DNA of 64,000 nucleotides. Origin: Candidatus Altimarinota bacterium. GTDB taxonomy: Bacteria > Patescibacteriota > Gracilibacteria > UBA4473. Below, piece after piece: positions 8,868 through 19,049 of the stretch; the stretch's first letter is position 1, and every line of letters begins with the position of its first letter. The notes beneath the pieces are model-generated. The model had not been told where the DNA came from. It searched no databases and worked only from the letters and a program-made list of their open reading frames with translations. The position numbers and the translations under genes are program-made. Location: assembly GCA_965231215.1 (NCBI GenBank), contig OZ246423.1, positions 544,001-608,000 of the forward strand, read 5' to 3'.

Positions 8868-10019
8868 TTATTTAATCTGACTTAAAACCCATACTAGTTT
8901 CAACCGCAAAACCCGCTTTATTTTGGCTTCAATTTCACGTTTAAATTCTGGATTTTTTTTCATGGCTTCCAAGATTTGCACATTAAATTTTTCTGGATCT
9001 TCAGGCATAAGCACAATATCAGCCCCAGCTTTAAGCGCTAAAAAGTCCGCATTATAAAAGTCTCGAACCGCCCCCATATTCATAGCGTCGGTAATAATTA
9101 CACCCTCAAACCCCAAATCTTCACGCAGTAATTTTTGCATAATCACAGGAGACAACGTTGCTGGTTTGAGCTCTGTATCATAATCCGGATGTCCATCTAC
9201 TGCCAAATGGCCTACCATCATTACCAAAGTTCCAGCCTCAATAGCCGACTCAAAATTGGGAAGTTCTAGCAACTTTTTACCAATCGTTTGAACCGCTTTA
9301 TGAGTGTCCCCCTCTACGCTCCCATGGCCAGGAAAATGTTTAGCTGTGGCAATAATGTTGTTGAGGTGATGCTCAAATACAAAATGATTGGCTAATTTCG
9401 TTACCTCTTGCTTAAAAGCCCTATTCCCAATAATACTCTCATTTCCTCCGGCATCGTAGACAGGCGCAAAATTAAAATTTATACCCAAGCTTTTTAATTT
9501 TTGGGCTATAAGCTGAGAGTTAATCTGAGCCTCTTGTAGCGTTTTTATGTCAGCGGTTTTTTCAATATCCAAAAAATTTCCCTCTGGCATACGATTCTCC
9601 AAAAGAGATGGCTCGGCATCAATAGCTATTAAAAGGGGGACTCTTGTTTTGTTTTGGGTTCTCAAATGAGCCACATCAAAATCTGTAAACTTTGAATTCA
9701 GAATCATAAACCCGCCAATATCTCCAGATTGAATCCAGCTTTTTATCTGCACTCTAGGCATACTTTCTTCCCAAGCGGGCATGATGAGTTGAGCCACTCT
9801 TTGTTTAGGCGTAAGTGACTGGTACCAGGCTTCAACTAACTGATCCAAAAATGGATCTTGGCTGAAATAATCCGAAAGTTCAAAATTCAGATCAAAACGA
9901 GCAATTGCAAAATCTGGAAAAAACCACTGGCTCAGCCTTTGCTCCACTGAGGGAACAAAGCCAACCCCAACTCCCAGAGCCAGGCTTAAAACAACTAAAC
10001 AAAAATGTTTCCAATTCAT
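8868..10019 (-). CDS. GH3 family beta-N-acetylhexosaminidase-like glycosidase with N-terminal anchor
   Basis: AIDAE, NFAPVYD, KHFPGHG, DTH, ITDAMNMGA. Confidence 0.88.
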   Translation of the reverse strand: MNWKHFCLVVLSLALGVGVGFVPSVEQRLSQWFFPDFAIARFDLNFELSDYFSQDPFLDQLVEAWYQSLTPKQRVAQLIMPAWEESMPRVQIKSWIQSGDIGGFMILNSKFTDFDVAHLRTQNKTRVPLLIAIDAEPSLLENRMPEGNFLDIEKTADIKTLQEAQINSQLIAQKLKSLGINFNFAPVYDAGGNESIIGNRAFKQEVTKLANHFVFEHHLNNIIATAKHFPGHGSVEGDTHKAVQTIGKKLLELPNFESAIEAGTLVMMVGHLAVDGHPDYDTELKPATLSPVIMQKLLREDLGFEGVIITDAMNMGAVRDFYNADFLALKAGADIVLMPEDPEKFNVQILEAMKKNPEFKREIEAKIKRVLRLKLVWVLSQIK

Positions 10020-10027
10020 AAAAAAAA

Positions 10028-10054
10028 TACTCTACCACGATCAATGGTAGAGTA
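10028..10054 (-). terminator. Intrinsic terminator-like hairpin
   Basis: TACTCTACCA-N7-TGGTAGAGTA next to an A tract (U tract on the minus strand). Confidence 0.55.
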
Positions 10055-10178
10055 TAGTAAAAATTTTTAAAGTCAGAAATTCAAAGGAACAAAAATATTT
10101 TTGAGATAAACCTATTAAATTATACCCGTTCAAAAAATCTCTGAAGTTAACCCTGAAGGTTAAAACTTTAAAAGTTGT

Positions 10179-10505
10179 TTAGTAATAGTGGTAACGAGAA
10201 GAACCACAACCATACCCCGTTCTCATTCGGTAGTTGTGAGAAGGGTAAAGTGTACGGTTAGTCACATTCCGATTGTAGTGGTAGTTGTATTGAGCTACCG
10301 GTCGGTAGTTTCGATAACCACAAGTTGTACAAGGCCGATAGTTTCGATAATTATGACACCCAGTATTACAGGTTCTGTAATTTGAGTAATAACTAGAACC
10401 ACATCCCCCTGAACAAGCAGAACCATAACTATGGTAAGCTTCTGCAGAGCCTGCAAAGAGCATTACCCCAAACAAAAATCCGAAGCCGATCACCATTTTT
10501 TTCAT
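10179..10505 (-). CDS. Secreted Tyr/Cys/Gly/Arg-rich low-complexity small protein
   Basis: Start MKKMVIG, signal peptide ending AEA; CxxxC/CxxC pairs and repeated YRNYRP. Confidence 0.7.
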   Translation of the reverse strand: MKKMVIGFGFLFGVMLFAGSAEAYHSYGSACSGGCGSSYYSNYRTCNTGCHNYRNYRPCTTCGYRNYRPVAQYNYHYNRNVTNRTLYPSHNYRMRTGYGCGSSRYHYY

Positions 10506-10614
10506 TGTGGGATTTATGAAAAACATAACCATCTTACACTTGGCAATATTTACCACAAATTATTTTATGTAATTTTTGTAGTTTAATTTATAAAGCTATT
10601 TAAATTCCAAAATT

Positions 10615-11142
10615 TTATTCAACAATGGCGTAGGCTCGAACCGGACTCCCATCCCCTTCTTGAATTTTTAAAGGCACTCCGTGAAAAAAGAAATGTTTGG
10701 GCAATTTATCAGTATGTTCTAGCCGCTCAAAAGAAATAATGCCCTGTTCCAAAAGATATCTTTCAATCTCAATATCAAACTCAAAGTGAGCGGGCATACC
10801 TATAAATTTTGGTCCAATTTCAACTACTTTTTTAGCTATATCCCACGTAATATCAGTTTTATTAAAAATAAGTCCCAGATTGGGTTTTATATCTTTCTCA
10901 GACTCATAAAGGGTAGCATTCCCCAAAAAATCATGGATCTGGTAATCATCCAAATTTTTACCATCTACCGTTGCATGGATGGGGACATTCACATGCGTTC
11001 CATCATGAGAATTAATTTCTATCCGTCGCATATTCCATCCCGTGTCGGCAAAAACTTCAGCCATAGAAATATTGACTTTCGAGTCTCCGGGATACACCCA
11101 CATTTCTGGGTGAATAGGTTGGGATAAATCTATAATTTTCAT
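10615..11142 (-). CDS. Cyclase family protein (kynurenine formamidase-like)
   Basis: IIDLSQPI, YPGD, HDGTHVNVPIH, GDGSPVRA. Confidence 0.88.
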   Translation of the reverse strand: MKIIDLSQPIHPEMWVYPGDSKVNISMAEVFADTGWNMRRIEINSHDGTHVNVPIHATVDGKNLDDYQIHDFLGNATLYESEKDIKPNLGLIFNKTDITWDIAKKVVEIGPKFIGMPAHFEFDIEIERYLLEQGIISFERLEHTDKLPKHFFFHGVPLKIQEGDGSPVRAYAIVE

Positions 11143-11238
11143 AATCAGAGTATATCAAAAAAGAAGGCTTACAGAAGATATTTTTTACAGAGTTGTCCCT
11201 TCAAAATTAACTAATTCTATGATAAAATGGGGTAACTC

Positions 11239-12339
11239 ATGGAGTTTATAAAAAAAGTTCTCAAATTTTTTTCTCGGTTCACTGATCCAGTGGAAAAGGA
11301 GATTTATAATTTTTTATTAGCCCTGAAGCCAAAATCAAATCGTGAAACCGCCAAAAAAAGAGCTCAAGTTCTACTACAAAAAGACACGGCCCGAATGACC
11401 ATGATTTTAGAATGGAAATTTAAAGGCTACACACACCTCACCAAAAAATATAGGGAACAGTGCTACCAAAATCTAGCATTAATGAAGCAGGATTTTGAAA
11501 AATTTTGTGAAGGAAAAAACCCAACTAATTCAAAAGCCTATCTTGAGTGCATTTCCCAGTATCTCAAACCTCATAAAAAAATTGAATACAAGGCTGGAGC
11601 CAGCTTTGATAAACTCTGTAAAGATCCAAACACAGAAAAACTTGTGGGCGATTGTAACCAACTGGTAGCCCTTTATGTATACTTATTTAGTCAAAAATAC
11701 GACATTGGTGAACTTCAAATCAAACTCATGCCAGGGCATGTATGTCTTCATCATGATGGATTAGATTATGAAGCTACTACTGGAGACATTAGCCAATACA
11801 CAGAGTTTGAGAGACTCGGAAATATCACAGAAATGATCGCTGTAAACCTCCTTGATACGGCTGACCACAGTGAATCCCAACACGAACTCCCCGCCGAAAA
11901 TAAACTTCAATGTGCCGAAGCCGCTCTAGTGTTATCAGAAAATCAAGAAATCGCACAACACAATCTGGATGCGGCTTACCACAATATGGCTATTAAGAAA
12001 ATGAACGCTAAAGACTTCAAAGGCGCGGCCAAATGGGCTGAAAAAACAAAAGATAAAAGCTTGTTAGATGTCGTCTTACACAACGAAGCCGTCTACCATC
12101 TAAACCATAAACACTACGACCGGTCACGTAAAATTTTTAAACGTCTAAGCGATAAGGCTGGAGTCAAAGCCGTAGACCAAAAAGAATTACAGAGCCTGGT
12201 AGAAAAATTAAAAGGCTGCAAAACCACCGCCGACTACAAAGCCAAACGGACCATCATTTACAAAATCAAAAGACTCGCCCTCACCCTGCATGATAGTGAA
12301 ATGCAAAAATTCTGTGAAAATATCCTCAAACAAATCTAA
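11239..12339 (+). CDS. Transglutaminase-like (papain-fold) protein with TPR-like C-terminus
   Basis: GDCNQ...PGHVCL...DYEAT candidate catalytic triad; C-terminal helical repeats (AYHN/VLHN). Confidence 0.55.
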   Translation: MEFIKKVLKFFSRFTDPVEKEIYNFLLALKPKSNRETAKKRAQVLLQKDTARMTMILEWKFKGYTHLTKKYREQCYQNLALMKQDFEKFCEGKNPTNSKAYLECISQYLKPHKKIEYKAGASFDKLCKDPNTEKLVGDCNQLVALYVYLFSQKYDIGELQIKLMPGHVCLHHDGLDYEATTGDISQYTEFERLGNITEMIAVNLLDTADHSESQHELPAENKLQCAEAALVLSENQEIAQHNLDAAYHNMAIKKMNAKDFKGAAKWAEKTKDKSLLDVVLHNEAVYHLNHKHYDRSRKIFKRLSDKAGVKAVDQKELQSLVEKLKGCKTTADYKAKRTIIYKIKRLALTLHDSEMQKFCENILKQI

Positions 12340-12384
12340 TGGAAATAGGCACTATAGCCGATAAGTCTTATTTCAAAGAAATAT

Positions 12385-12416
12385 AAAAAAGCTCTCACCA
12401 AAGTGAAAGCTTTTTT
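12385..12416. terminator. Bidirectional intrinsic terminator
   Basis: AAAAAAGCTCTCAC-CAAA-GTGAAAGCTTTTTT between convergent genes. Confidence 0.75.
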
Positions 12417-12436
12417 ACTCTCTTAGTTAGCCCCAT

Positions 12437-13807
12437 TTATTCTGTTTCCAAAAACCTCTCCTGTAATCTTTCTATAATCGATTCTATTTCTGATGTAATA
12501 CTCAGTATAACCCCCTCATCGGTATTAGATTTTTCAATCATCACATTACTATTCCGAGAAACCGGAACTTCCATATTTTGCAATCGCTCTACGATTTGAT
12601 CAATGAGTGAAGTAATCTCAAGATTAATACCCTCTTCAGTATGGCTTACAGCCTTATTAATAAGGCCTGAGTTGCCTGGCCTTCTTGAAGGACGTTGTGA
12701 TTGAGACTGCCCAAAATTTGGTTGTGGGCCCCCTCGAACCCCTTGGGGTTCCTCAGGCCTCGGGCCATGTCCACCAGCAAAACTTGAATCAGCATTCCCT
12801 TTCAAACATCTTGGGAAAAAAGGAAAAGCATCGGTCGCATAATAGACGTACTCATCGCCAATGAAGATCCCATTACAGGCATCAAGATCTCCAGCACCAG
12901 CAACAAAATCATAATCTTGGGTAAAGGTCCCATCATAAGTTCCCCCTGGCCCTTCACTTCCATCCGGTCTGTTGCCTGATTTTAACTGGTAGCTTGAATC
13001 TATATCAGCTCGATAATAAATCGGAAATCCATCCGCCGCCCAGGCAATTTGAGTCCCCTTAACATCCGAAGAAAGCGAAGACACTAAATCATCAGAAACT
13101 CCATGATAATGGTATTTCCCCCCTGGCTGTACATGCGCATTTTGATGGTCTAATCCCAGGGTCAACCGTGTTCCTTGTATGCCCTCATAGTTCCAAACAG
13201 TCGTTCCACCTGTCCATTTTTCAGCCGTTCCAGGTTCAATCGGAAGTCCGTTTAAGGCCACTCCCACAATTCGCGCTTGGACCGCATTATCAGTATAAGT
13301 GGGGTTTACTGGAATTTTAAATTCATGGTACTGGGCTTCAATTCCATTAGGGTTTTGGCTATTAGGAAAAGTCCCCGTATCATGGTCGGCAATCCCATTA
13401 GATTTAATAATCCGCCTATCCCCTTCAATACTAATTTCTACCCAATTTTCAGTACTAGAAACTCCATCCGGTAATTCGGCCCTTGATTCTTGATTTCTTT
13501 CAGGTCGTCCTTGTCTAAATCCTCTTTGAGGTGACTCAAATGACGTTCTTTCCTGGGGTTGCAAATGGCCCTCTTCTGAATGCGAACCTCTTCCAAAAGG
13601 ATGTCTTGGTTCTCCCCGAAATCCTGGCCCTCCACGTGGGAGACCCCATTGCTGTTGACCTCCTGGTTCCTCCCCAAAATGGTGTGGAGGTGGATGACCC
13701 AATCCTGGACCAAAAGCTTTAGTTTCATCCACAAAACTAAACCCTAAAACTCCAAGAACTAAAAAACCGCTGAACACACCGATAGCCGTTGCACTTTTAT
13801 TTTTCAT
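12437..13807 (-). CDS. Exported YHYH-domain protein with G/P/R-rich linkers and two C-terminal repeats
   Basis: GVALNG, AHVQPGGKYHYHG, AADGFPIY, DLDACNG; EGINLEITS/EGVILSITS repeats. Confidence 0.88.
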   Translation of the reverse strand: MKNKSATAIGVFSGFLVLGVLGFSFVDETKAFGPGLGHPPPHHFGEEPGGQQQWGLPRGGPGFRGEPRHPFGRGSHSEEGHLQPQERTSFESPQRGFRQGRPERNQESRAELPDGVSSTENWVEISIEGDRRIIKSNGIADHDTGTFPNSQNPNGIEAQYHEFKIPVNPTYTDNAVQARIVGVALNGLPIEPGTAEKWTGGTTVWNYEGIQGTRLTLGLDHQNAHVQPGGKYHYHGVSDDLVSSLSSDVKGTQIAWAADGFPIYYRADIDSSYQLKSGNRPDGSEGPGGTYDGTFTQDYDFVAGAGDLDACNGIFIGDEYVYYATDAFPFFPRCLKGNADSSFAGGHGPRPEEPQGVRGGPQPNFGQSQSQRPSRRPGNSGLINKAVSHTEEGINLEITSLIDQIVERLQNMEVPVSRNSNVMIEKSNTDEGVILSITSEIESIIERLQERFLETE

Positions 13808-13893
13808 ATTTTTTCATTAATAATACTCTGTGCAAAGATATATACGCAAGGTTCTTAAAGTTTCTTTCAAAAAAATGTACAGTATTTTCACCA

Positions 13894-15024
13894 ATGAATC
13901 AAAAAAAACAGGATACCGAGTACAAAGCGAGTTGGCTCGAACTTTTTTTTGATTTAGTTTTTGTAGCTTTTATCGCGCAACTTACTTATTATTTAAGCTA
14001 TCATCATCACCACTGGGAAGATTTTTTACAAGTGGGATTAGTAGCTTATATGATCTTTTTGACCTGGCTTATAACTACCGCCAATAGAAACCTCAGGCAA
14101 AATGATGAAGACATTATAGATATTTTAGCTATCCAATCTCAAATGCTCATAATTATGATTATGAGTTTAAGTCTGCCTCAGGCTTTTGGGGATCTGAGTT
14201 GGCTCTTTTTTGGAGCTATGGCCGTAAACGGATTCATTAGTGGCGCCCTTATTAGAAGGTTTTATAGGCTTCACCCAGAAAGGCGTCCAAAAACACTCAA
14301 TATGTGGTGGGGATTTTTTATAGCCGCTTGTTTATGGGCCGTAGCGGGCTTACTTCCAACTCCTTATCTGTACATAGTAGCTCTATCAGCAATGACTTTA
14401 AGTGTATTAAGCCCAATGACTAGGGGAAAAGGGAATACAACAACTCTTTTAAATATGCATCATCTATTAGAAAGACTTGGTCTTTTTCTACTACTGGTGA
14501 TGGGGGAAGCCGTTCTCGTAGTAGCCCTCACCAATGGTTTAGGACAAGAATTCAATCCAGAAAAAGTAATTATTATCCTCTCTGGGGTGATGCTGATGAT
14601 TGGCTTGTGGTGGCTGTATTTTCCTTACATCAATAAGCAGGCAAAAGGCAAAAGATCCCGTCAATTACAAATAACTCTTCACGCCCATAATCTGCTATAC
14701 CTAAGCCTCATTTTAGTAGCTACAGGTTTAAGGATTCTTATTAAAAACCCAGGAGCTTCTTTAGAAAAAATGTGGATATTTTTGGTTGGTGTAGCCACCA
14801 TGATAATCGCTTTTAACATCATTCGTGGAACTCTTACCCACACTACTAAAAAATCTATTCAATCAACTGGAGCCTTTTTAATACTACTTATTTTAATAAT
14901 TGGGTTCTGCCATATAGGATCCTGGCCTGCCATAGCCATGGTACCAGTGATTACCGCCCTTTTTATCGTCTATGCAGTCTTAGACTACTACAAACATTTT
15001 GGTAAAAAATGCGTAATTCACTAG
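13894..15024 (+). CDS. Low temperature requirement protein A (LtrA family)
   Basis: ASWLELFFDLVFVA, HLLERLGLFLLLVMGE, LWWLYF. Confidence 0.9.
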   Translation: MNQKKQDTEYKASWLELFFDLVFVAFIAQLTYYLSYHHHHWEDFLQVGLVAYMIFLTWLITTANRNLRQNDEDIIDILAIQSQMLIIMIMSLSLPQAFGDLSWLFFGAMAVNGFISGALIRRFYRLHPERRPKTLNMWWGFFIAACLWAVAGLLPTPYLYIVALSAMTLSVLSPMTRGKGNTTTLLNMHHLLERLGLFLLLVMGEAVLVVALTNGLGQEFNPEKVIIILSGVMLMIGLWWLYFPYINKQAKGKRSRQLQITLHAHNLLYLSLILVATGLRILIKNPGASLEKMWIFLVGVATMIIAFNIIRGTLTHTTKKSIQSTGAFLILLILIIGFCHIGSWPAIAMVPVITALFIVYAVLDYYKHFGKKCVIH

Positions 15025-15032
15025 AATCCCTC

Positions 15033-16043
15033 CTAAAAAAGAATTCTAACCACTACCCACCAAAGCGCCAAACCAGAAATAACCGTTGCAAAAAAGGGCA
15101 CAAACCAGGTATTAAATTTGAGTTTGTACACAACCCAGAGCAAAGGCAAAAAGAAGGCCAAAATAATCAACTGACCAATCTCTACTCCGATATTAAAAAA
15201 CAATAATGACCAGATCAGCATATTTGGATCTGGAGCATAGTTTTGAAATACCCCTGCAAACCCAAGACCATGGAAAAGGCCAAATAAAAAAATCACCAAA
15301 AGACTATTATGCTGATTTGCAAACCAAGGATATTTCTTACTAAGAAATACCGTAGTTATCGCCATGTAAGCAATAGAGGCAGCAATAATAGGCTCTACGA
15401 TAGACTCGGAAATCGTGAGTATTTGAGTCCCTCCAAGCAGCAATGTAACTGAATGTGCAATCGTAAAAGTTGTTACCAACGCCAACACTCTCCGCCAAGG
15501 GGGAAGCAACAAGACTAAAGCCAGTACAAACAAAATATGATCTAACCCCACCAAAATATGCTCTATTCCAAAAGTTATATAATTCTTGGCAAACTGCCAA
15601 AAATTTACTGCCTGAGGCTCATTATAGACTTCATCAAAAGTCTGTGAAAGCTCATTAAGCAAAACTAAATCATTCGTCGTAAAAGTTCGAGCATCAGTTT
15701 CTCCAGCAAATAACTGTTCTACTTTTTCAAATAAATCGGAATCTTCAAGCTCTGGTTGGGCCTCAATAAAATCTAAAATTTCTTGGTTTTTAGCTTCTGG
15801 GTTTTGTAGCAAATAGTTGATTAACACTTCAGGCAGACTAAAACTTTGATTGGCCTCCGATTCTGCCCACTCCATCCCTGTATTTTGCATCCCTGAACTT
15901 TCTAGAAACGCGTCAAACTCAACCTGAGTCGCATCTGGATTTTCGGCTAAAAATTGCAAAACCTCAGGGGGAATACTATGAGATTGAGCACTCCCAACTA
16001 GAAGTAAAAACCCGAGTGCCAAACTCAAAAATAATTTTTTCAT
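15033..16043 (-). CDS. HupE/UreJ family membrane protein with acidic extracellular N-terminal extension
   Basis: GIEHILVGLDHILF, FTIAHSVTL, FGLFHGLGFA, FNIGVEIGQ. Confidence 0.9.
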   Translation of the reverse strand: MKKLFLSLALGFLLLVGSAQSHSIPPEVLQFLAENPDATQVEFDAFLESSGMQNTGMEWAESEANQSFSLPEVLINYLLQNPEAKNQEILDFIEAQPELEDSDLFEKVEQLFAGETDARTFTTNDLVLLNELSQTFDEVYNEPQAVNFWQFAKNYITFGIEHILVGLDHILFVLALVLLLPPWRRVLALVTTFTIAHSVTLLLGGTQILTISESIVEPIIAASIAYMAITTVFLSKKYPWFANQHNSLLVIFLFGLFHGLGFAGVFQNYAPDPNMLIWSLLFFNIGVEIGQLIILAFFLPLLWVVYKLKFNTWFVPFFATVISGLALWWVVVRILF

Positions 16044-16104
16044 TCTGGATAAGTACACGTAAAACATTTTAAATTTAATTCAAAAAAAATAAACTCATTC
16101 CACT

Positions 16105-16551
16105 ATGTGCAAACTTCCCTACCTTCCTGAAGGAAAAAAAATTCTATATGCTGAACATGATCACGAATTTATGAAAGCCGCCAAATTAGCAGCTGAAAGT
16201 TTATCACTTGATCCTGGACATAAAATTGGCTCGGTTATTGTAAAAGAAGGAGCCATTATTGGGCGGGGGGGGAATGGATCAAAATTTCATCAAAACATTG
16301 GGTGTATCAGAAAAATGTTGCACGTTCCTACCGGAAAAGGATATTGGCTGTGCCCTGGATGCCAAACACATCATCACTCCGAACAGACAGCCCTAAAAGA
16401 CGTCAGAAAAAATGGACATAATCCAGAGGGCGCTGATATTTATCTCTGGGGACACTGGTGGTGTTGCCAATCTTGTTGGGGCAAAATGATAGAAGCTGGT
16501 ATTAACAATGTTTACCTCGCCAAAGACGCTGAAAAACTATTCAAAAAGTAA
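16105..16551 (+). CDS. Deoxycytidylate/cytidine deaminase family protein
   Basis: HSE and CCxxC zinc-binding motifs, GADIY, AGINNV. Confidence 0.85.
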   Translation: MCKLPYLPEGKKILYAEHDHEFMKAAKLAAESLSLDPGHKIGSVIVKEGAIIGRGGNGSKFHQNIGCIRKMLHVPTGKGYWLCPGCQTHHHSEQTALKDVRKNGHNPEGADIYLWGHWWCCQSCWGKMIEAGINNVYLAKDAEKLFKK

Positions 16552-16558
16552 CACAAAA

Positions 16559-18337
16559 TTACTCTGGAACAAATTGAGCTTTAGGCATAAACGTCCCTAA
16601 TTTTTTGCGAGTCCACCAAGTCGTACTTCCTATTTCAGCAAAATTATACTCATACAAAGTGGCTCTGATGTATTTAGGTGTATTTTGGGGGAAGGCTTCT
16701 GACTCAAGCAGTGATAAAACTTCTGGATTTCGCTGAAAAAGAGATTCAATAAACGGCGTCCACCAACTGACATTTTCCCAATTACCTTTGAGCGCCGCAA
16801 ACCACATCTGCCAATCCAGTCTGGGTTGATGTGGGCCTGTAAATCTAGGAATTTTATTCAAATCCCCAGGTTTGTATTTAAATTCATAAGGTCTCCAACT
16901 TTCCCCATCCATAGAGCCCTCAATGACAATCTCAGGGCGCTTAGTAGTCATATTAGCAAAGAGCCCATAACTATTACTCATCTTTAAAGGTGATGTGTAA
17001 GCCATGATAAATTGCACAGGATCACTCACCTTTATCTGGTGATGAAAACTCTGCGAAACCGCCATCGGCACATAGAGCAAAACCACAACCATTAAAAAAC
17101 TTTTAGTCAGCAGCCCTGGAACAGAGGGCTGAATTTTGGATTTAATAATTTGAGGAATACGCTCAATCCTTTGATCATCCAAAAGCAAAACGCAGATCGC
17201 CAACGTCAAAATATTAAAGAAATTATAATTACCACTTATCATAATAAGCAGTTCTAAAACCGTCATACAAATTAAACCAAAGTACCTAAAATTTCTTGGA
17301 GCAAAAATTAAAAAAGGAATCACCAACTGAACAAACAACACCCCCCCAGTACCAAACTTTAATACAAATTCTGGGAGAGAGTGAAACACATACGACAGGG
17401 TGTTTGGAATTGGTTGCGTTTCGAAATGGTAGTCAAGAGCGGTTAAATTTCGCCAATTCTCATCAGCTAAAACTTTGACCATCCCGGACAAAAAGAAAAA
17501 TTTAAACACCAGTAATCGAAACATCCACACAAAGACAGGAAGCCATAAAGGTAAAAATATGGCCAAGAAACCTACCTCCAACAGGAAAATATCCCACTGA
17601 TAACCAAGCCATATCTGTCCCACAGAAAAATAAGAAAGATATAAAAGGTAACACACTAAGGCCGCCCAAATTCTAATTTTTTTGATACACAAACCTAAGG
17701 CCGAAAGAGCTCCCAAAAGACAAACAAATTGAAGCATAATATCGCTACTATTGAACCAAAAAATTGATGGGAAATTTATATAGGCATCAATTCCTGTAAA
17801 AGAAGCCCACCTGTTCAAAAATATCTGAGCAGGAGTGATCCCATTACTGCCCACTAGTCCCAATATTTGGACACTCAAACTCAAAAAAGCCGATATATAG
17901 GTAATCGCCAAAAGGGTGTAAAACCATTCTACAGTTCGCTCAAATCTAGGCGATCTCCAGTCTCTTCCAAATGCAATTTTACACAGTTTATAGGTTAAGT
18001 TACGGTGACGTGCTATCCAGCGATAAATCCCTTCACTTAAGCTTGAAAAAGGTTTTATTTTTTTATAAATCCAATGCCAAACCCCATACCCGCCAAGAGC
18101 CAAAACTCCAAAACCGGCTTCAGCTCCTGATGCTTTTTCTCCGTTCGGATTAATCAACACAATAGCCGACTTAAAATCCTTCAAAGGAATTTTAGGAAAA
18201 TTTTTCTTTTCGATTTGGAAGGGCGAAAATTTCACTTTTTGCCCCACCAGTGAAACTAAATAATTCACACAATACCTACAAAAACCACATTCTCCATCAT
18301 AGATCAAAAGTGGTTTTTTTATTTTCATCAAAAACAT
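16559..18337 (-). CDS. DCC1-like thiol-disulfide domain fused to lipase maturation factor (LMF1 family)
   Basis: YDGECGFC; YQWDIFLLEVGFL, HFETQPIPN, SGNYNFFN, HQPRLDWQMWFAAL. Confidence 0.9.
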   Translation of the reverse strand: MFLMKIKKPLLIYDGECGFCRYCVNYLVSLVGQKVKFSPFQIEKKNFPKIPLKDFKSAIVLINPNGEKASGAEAGFGVLALGGYGVWHWIYKKIKPFSSLSEGIYRWIARHRNLTYKLCKIAFGRDWRSPRFERTVEWFYTLLAITYISAFLSLSVQILGLVGSNGITPAQIFLNRWASFTGIDAYINFPSIFWFNSSDIMLQFVCLLGALSALGLCIKKIRIWAALVCYLLYLSYFSVGQIWLGYQWDIFLLEVGFLAIFLPLWLPVFVWMFRLLVFKFFFLSGMVKVLADENWRNLTALDYHFETQPIPNTLSYVFHSLPEFVLKFGTGGVLFVQLVIPFLIFAPRNFRYFGLICMTVLELLIMISGNYNFFNILTLAICVLLLDDQRIERIPQIIKSKIQPSVPGLLTKSFLMVVVLLYVPMAVSQSFHHQIKVSDPVQFIMAYTSPLKMSNSYGLFANMTTKRPEIVIEGSMDGESWRPYEFKYKPGDLNKIPRFTGPHQPRLDWQMWFAALKGNWENVSWWTPFIESLFQRNPEVLSLLESEAFPQNTPKYIRATLYEYNFAEIGSTTWWTRKKLGTFMPKAQFVPE

Positions 18338-18398
18338 TGTACCTCAAAAAGCTTTTTAATTTTTGCTTTTTTTATGAATAATCAAGAGCAGATCAAAT

Positions 18399-18968
18399 AT
18401 GAAAATCTTTTTTTACACTTTGTTTGCATTAACAGTAATTAATTTTGCCAAAGCAAAAGATGGGTGTCCTGGGCAAGAAGAATGGGTTCCAGAGATTGGA
18501 GACTGCGCTATCGTAGTTTATGACGAAGAGGATCTACAAAATGAAACGCTTGACCAATGGATCGCCAAACTAGACCAATGGTTCAAAAGAGCAAAAAATC
18601 AGACAACCTGTCTAAGAAAGGGCTTCGAATATGCTGAAATTTTGCCGCCTGGCGGAAAAGTGATTTCTGTCTCTGGAACGGTAAAAATTGAACGTGGCCT
18701 TAAAATCCTCATAGCTACACCAGGCCTGGAACTCAAACCAGGGGACATAGTAGCAGTCTCCAAAACCGCCTCCACTGAACTAAAACTAAATCGAACGGGG
18801 ACTCTTAAAGTTACGTCTGAAAATCGTTTTCAGGTACCAAAAAGTAAAGAAAAAAATGGATTATGGCCAAAGATAAATAATTGGACTGGAAGTTTATGGT
18901 CAAATACAAAGAAATGTCTTAGTTCTCCGCCCCCCCCCTCGCTCCCTACGGGAGGGGTAAGAGGATAA
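18399..18968 (+). CDS. Secreted protein with a partial FecR-like domain
   Basis: Signal peptide; GKVISVSGTVKI...LKPGDIV...; ends PTGGVRG. Confidence 0.55.
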   Translation: MKIFFYTLFALTVINFAKAKDGCPGQEEWVPEIGDCAIVVYDEEDLQNETLDQWIAKLDQWFKRAKNQTTCLRKGFEYAEILPPGGKVISVSGTVKIERGLKILIATPGLELKPGDIVAVSKTASTELKLNRTGTLKVTSENRFQVPKSKEKNGLWPKINNWTGSLWSNTKKCLSSPPPPSLPTGGVRG

Positions 18969-19049
18969 AGAAATAACTTTAATGAGTTTCCTAATTTTGA
19001 AACCTATTGAGAGAGGGTTCTTTCTGCCAGTCTATACCGGGATCTAATT

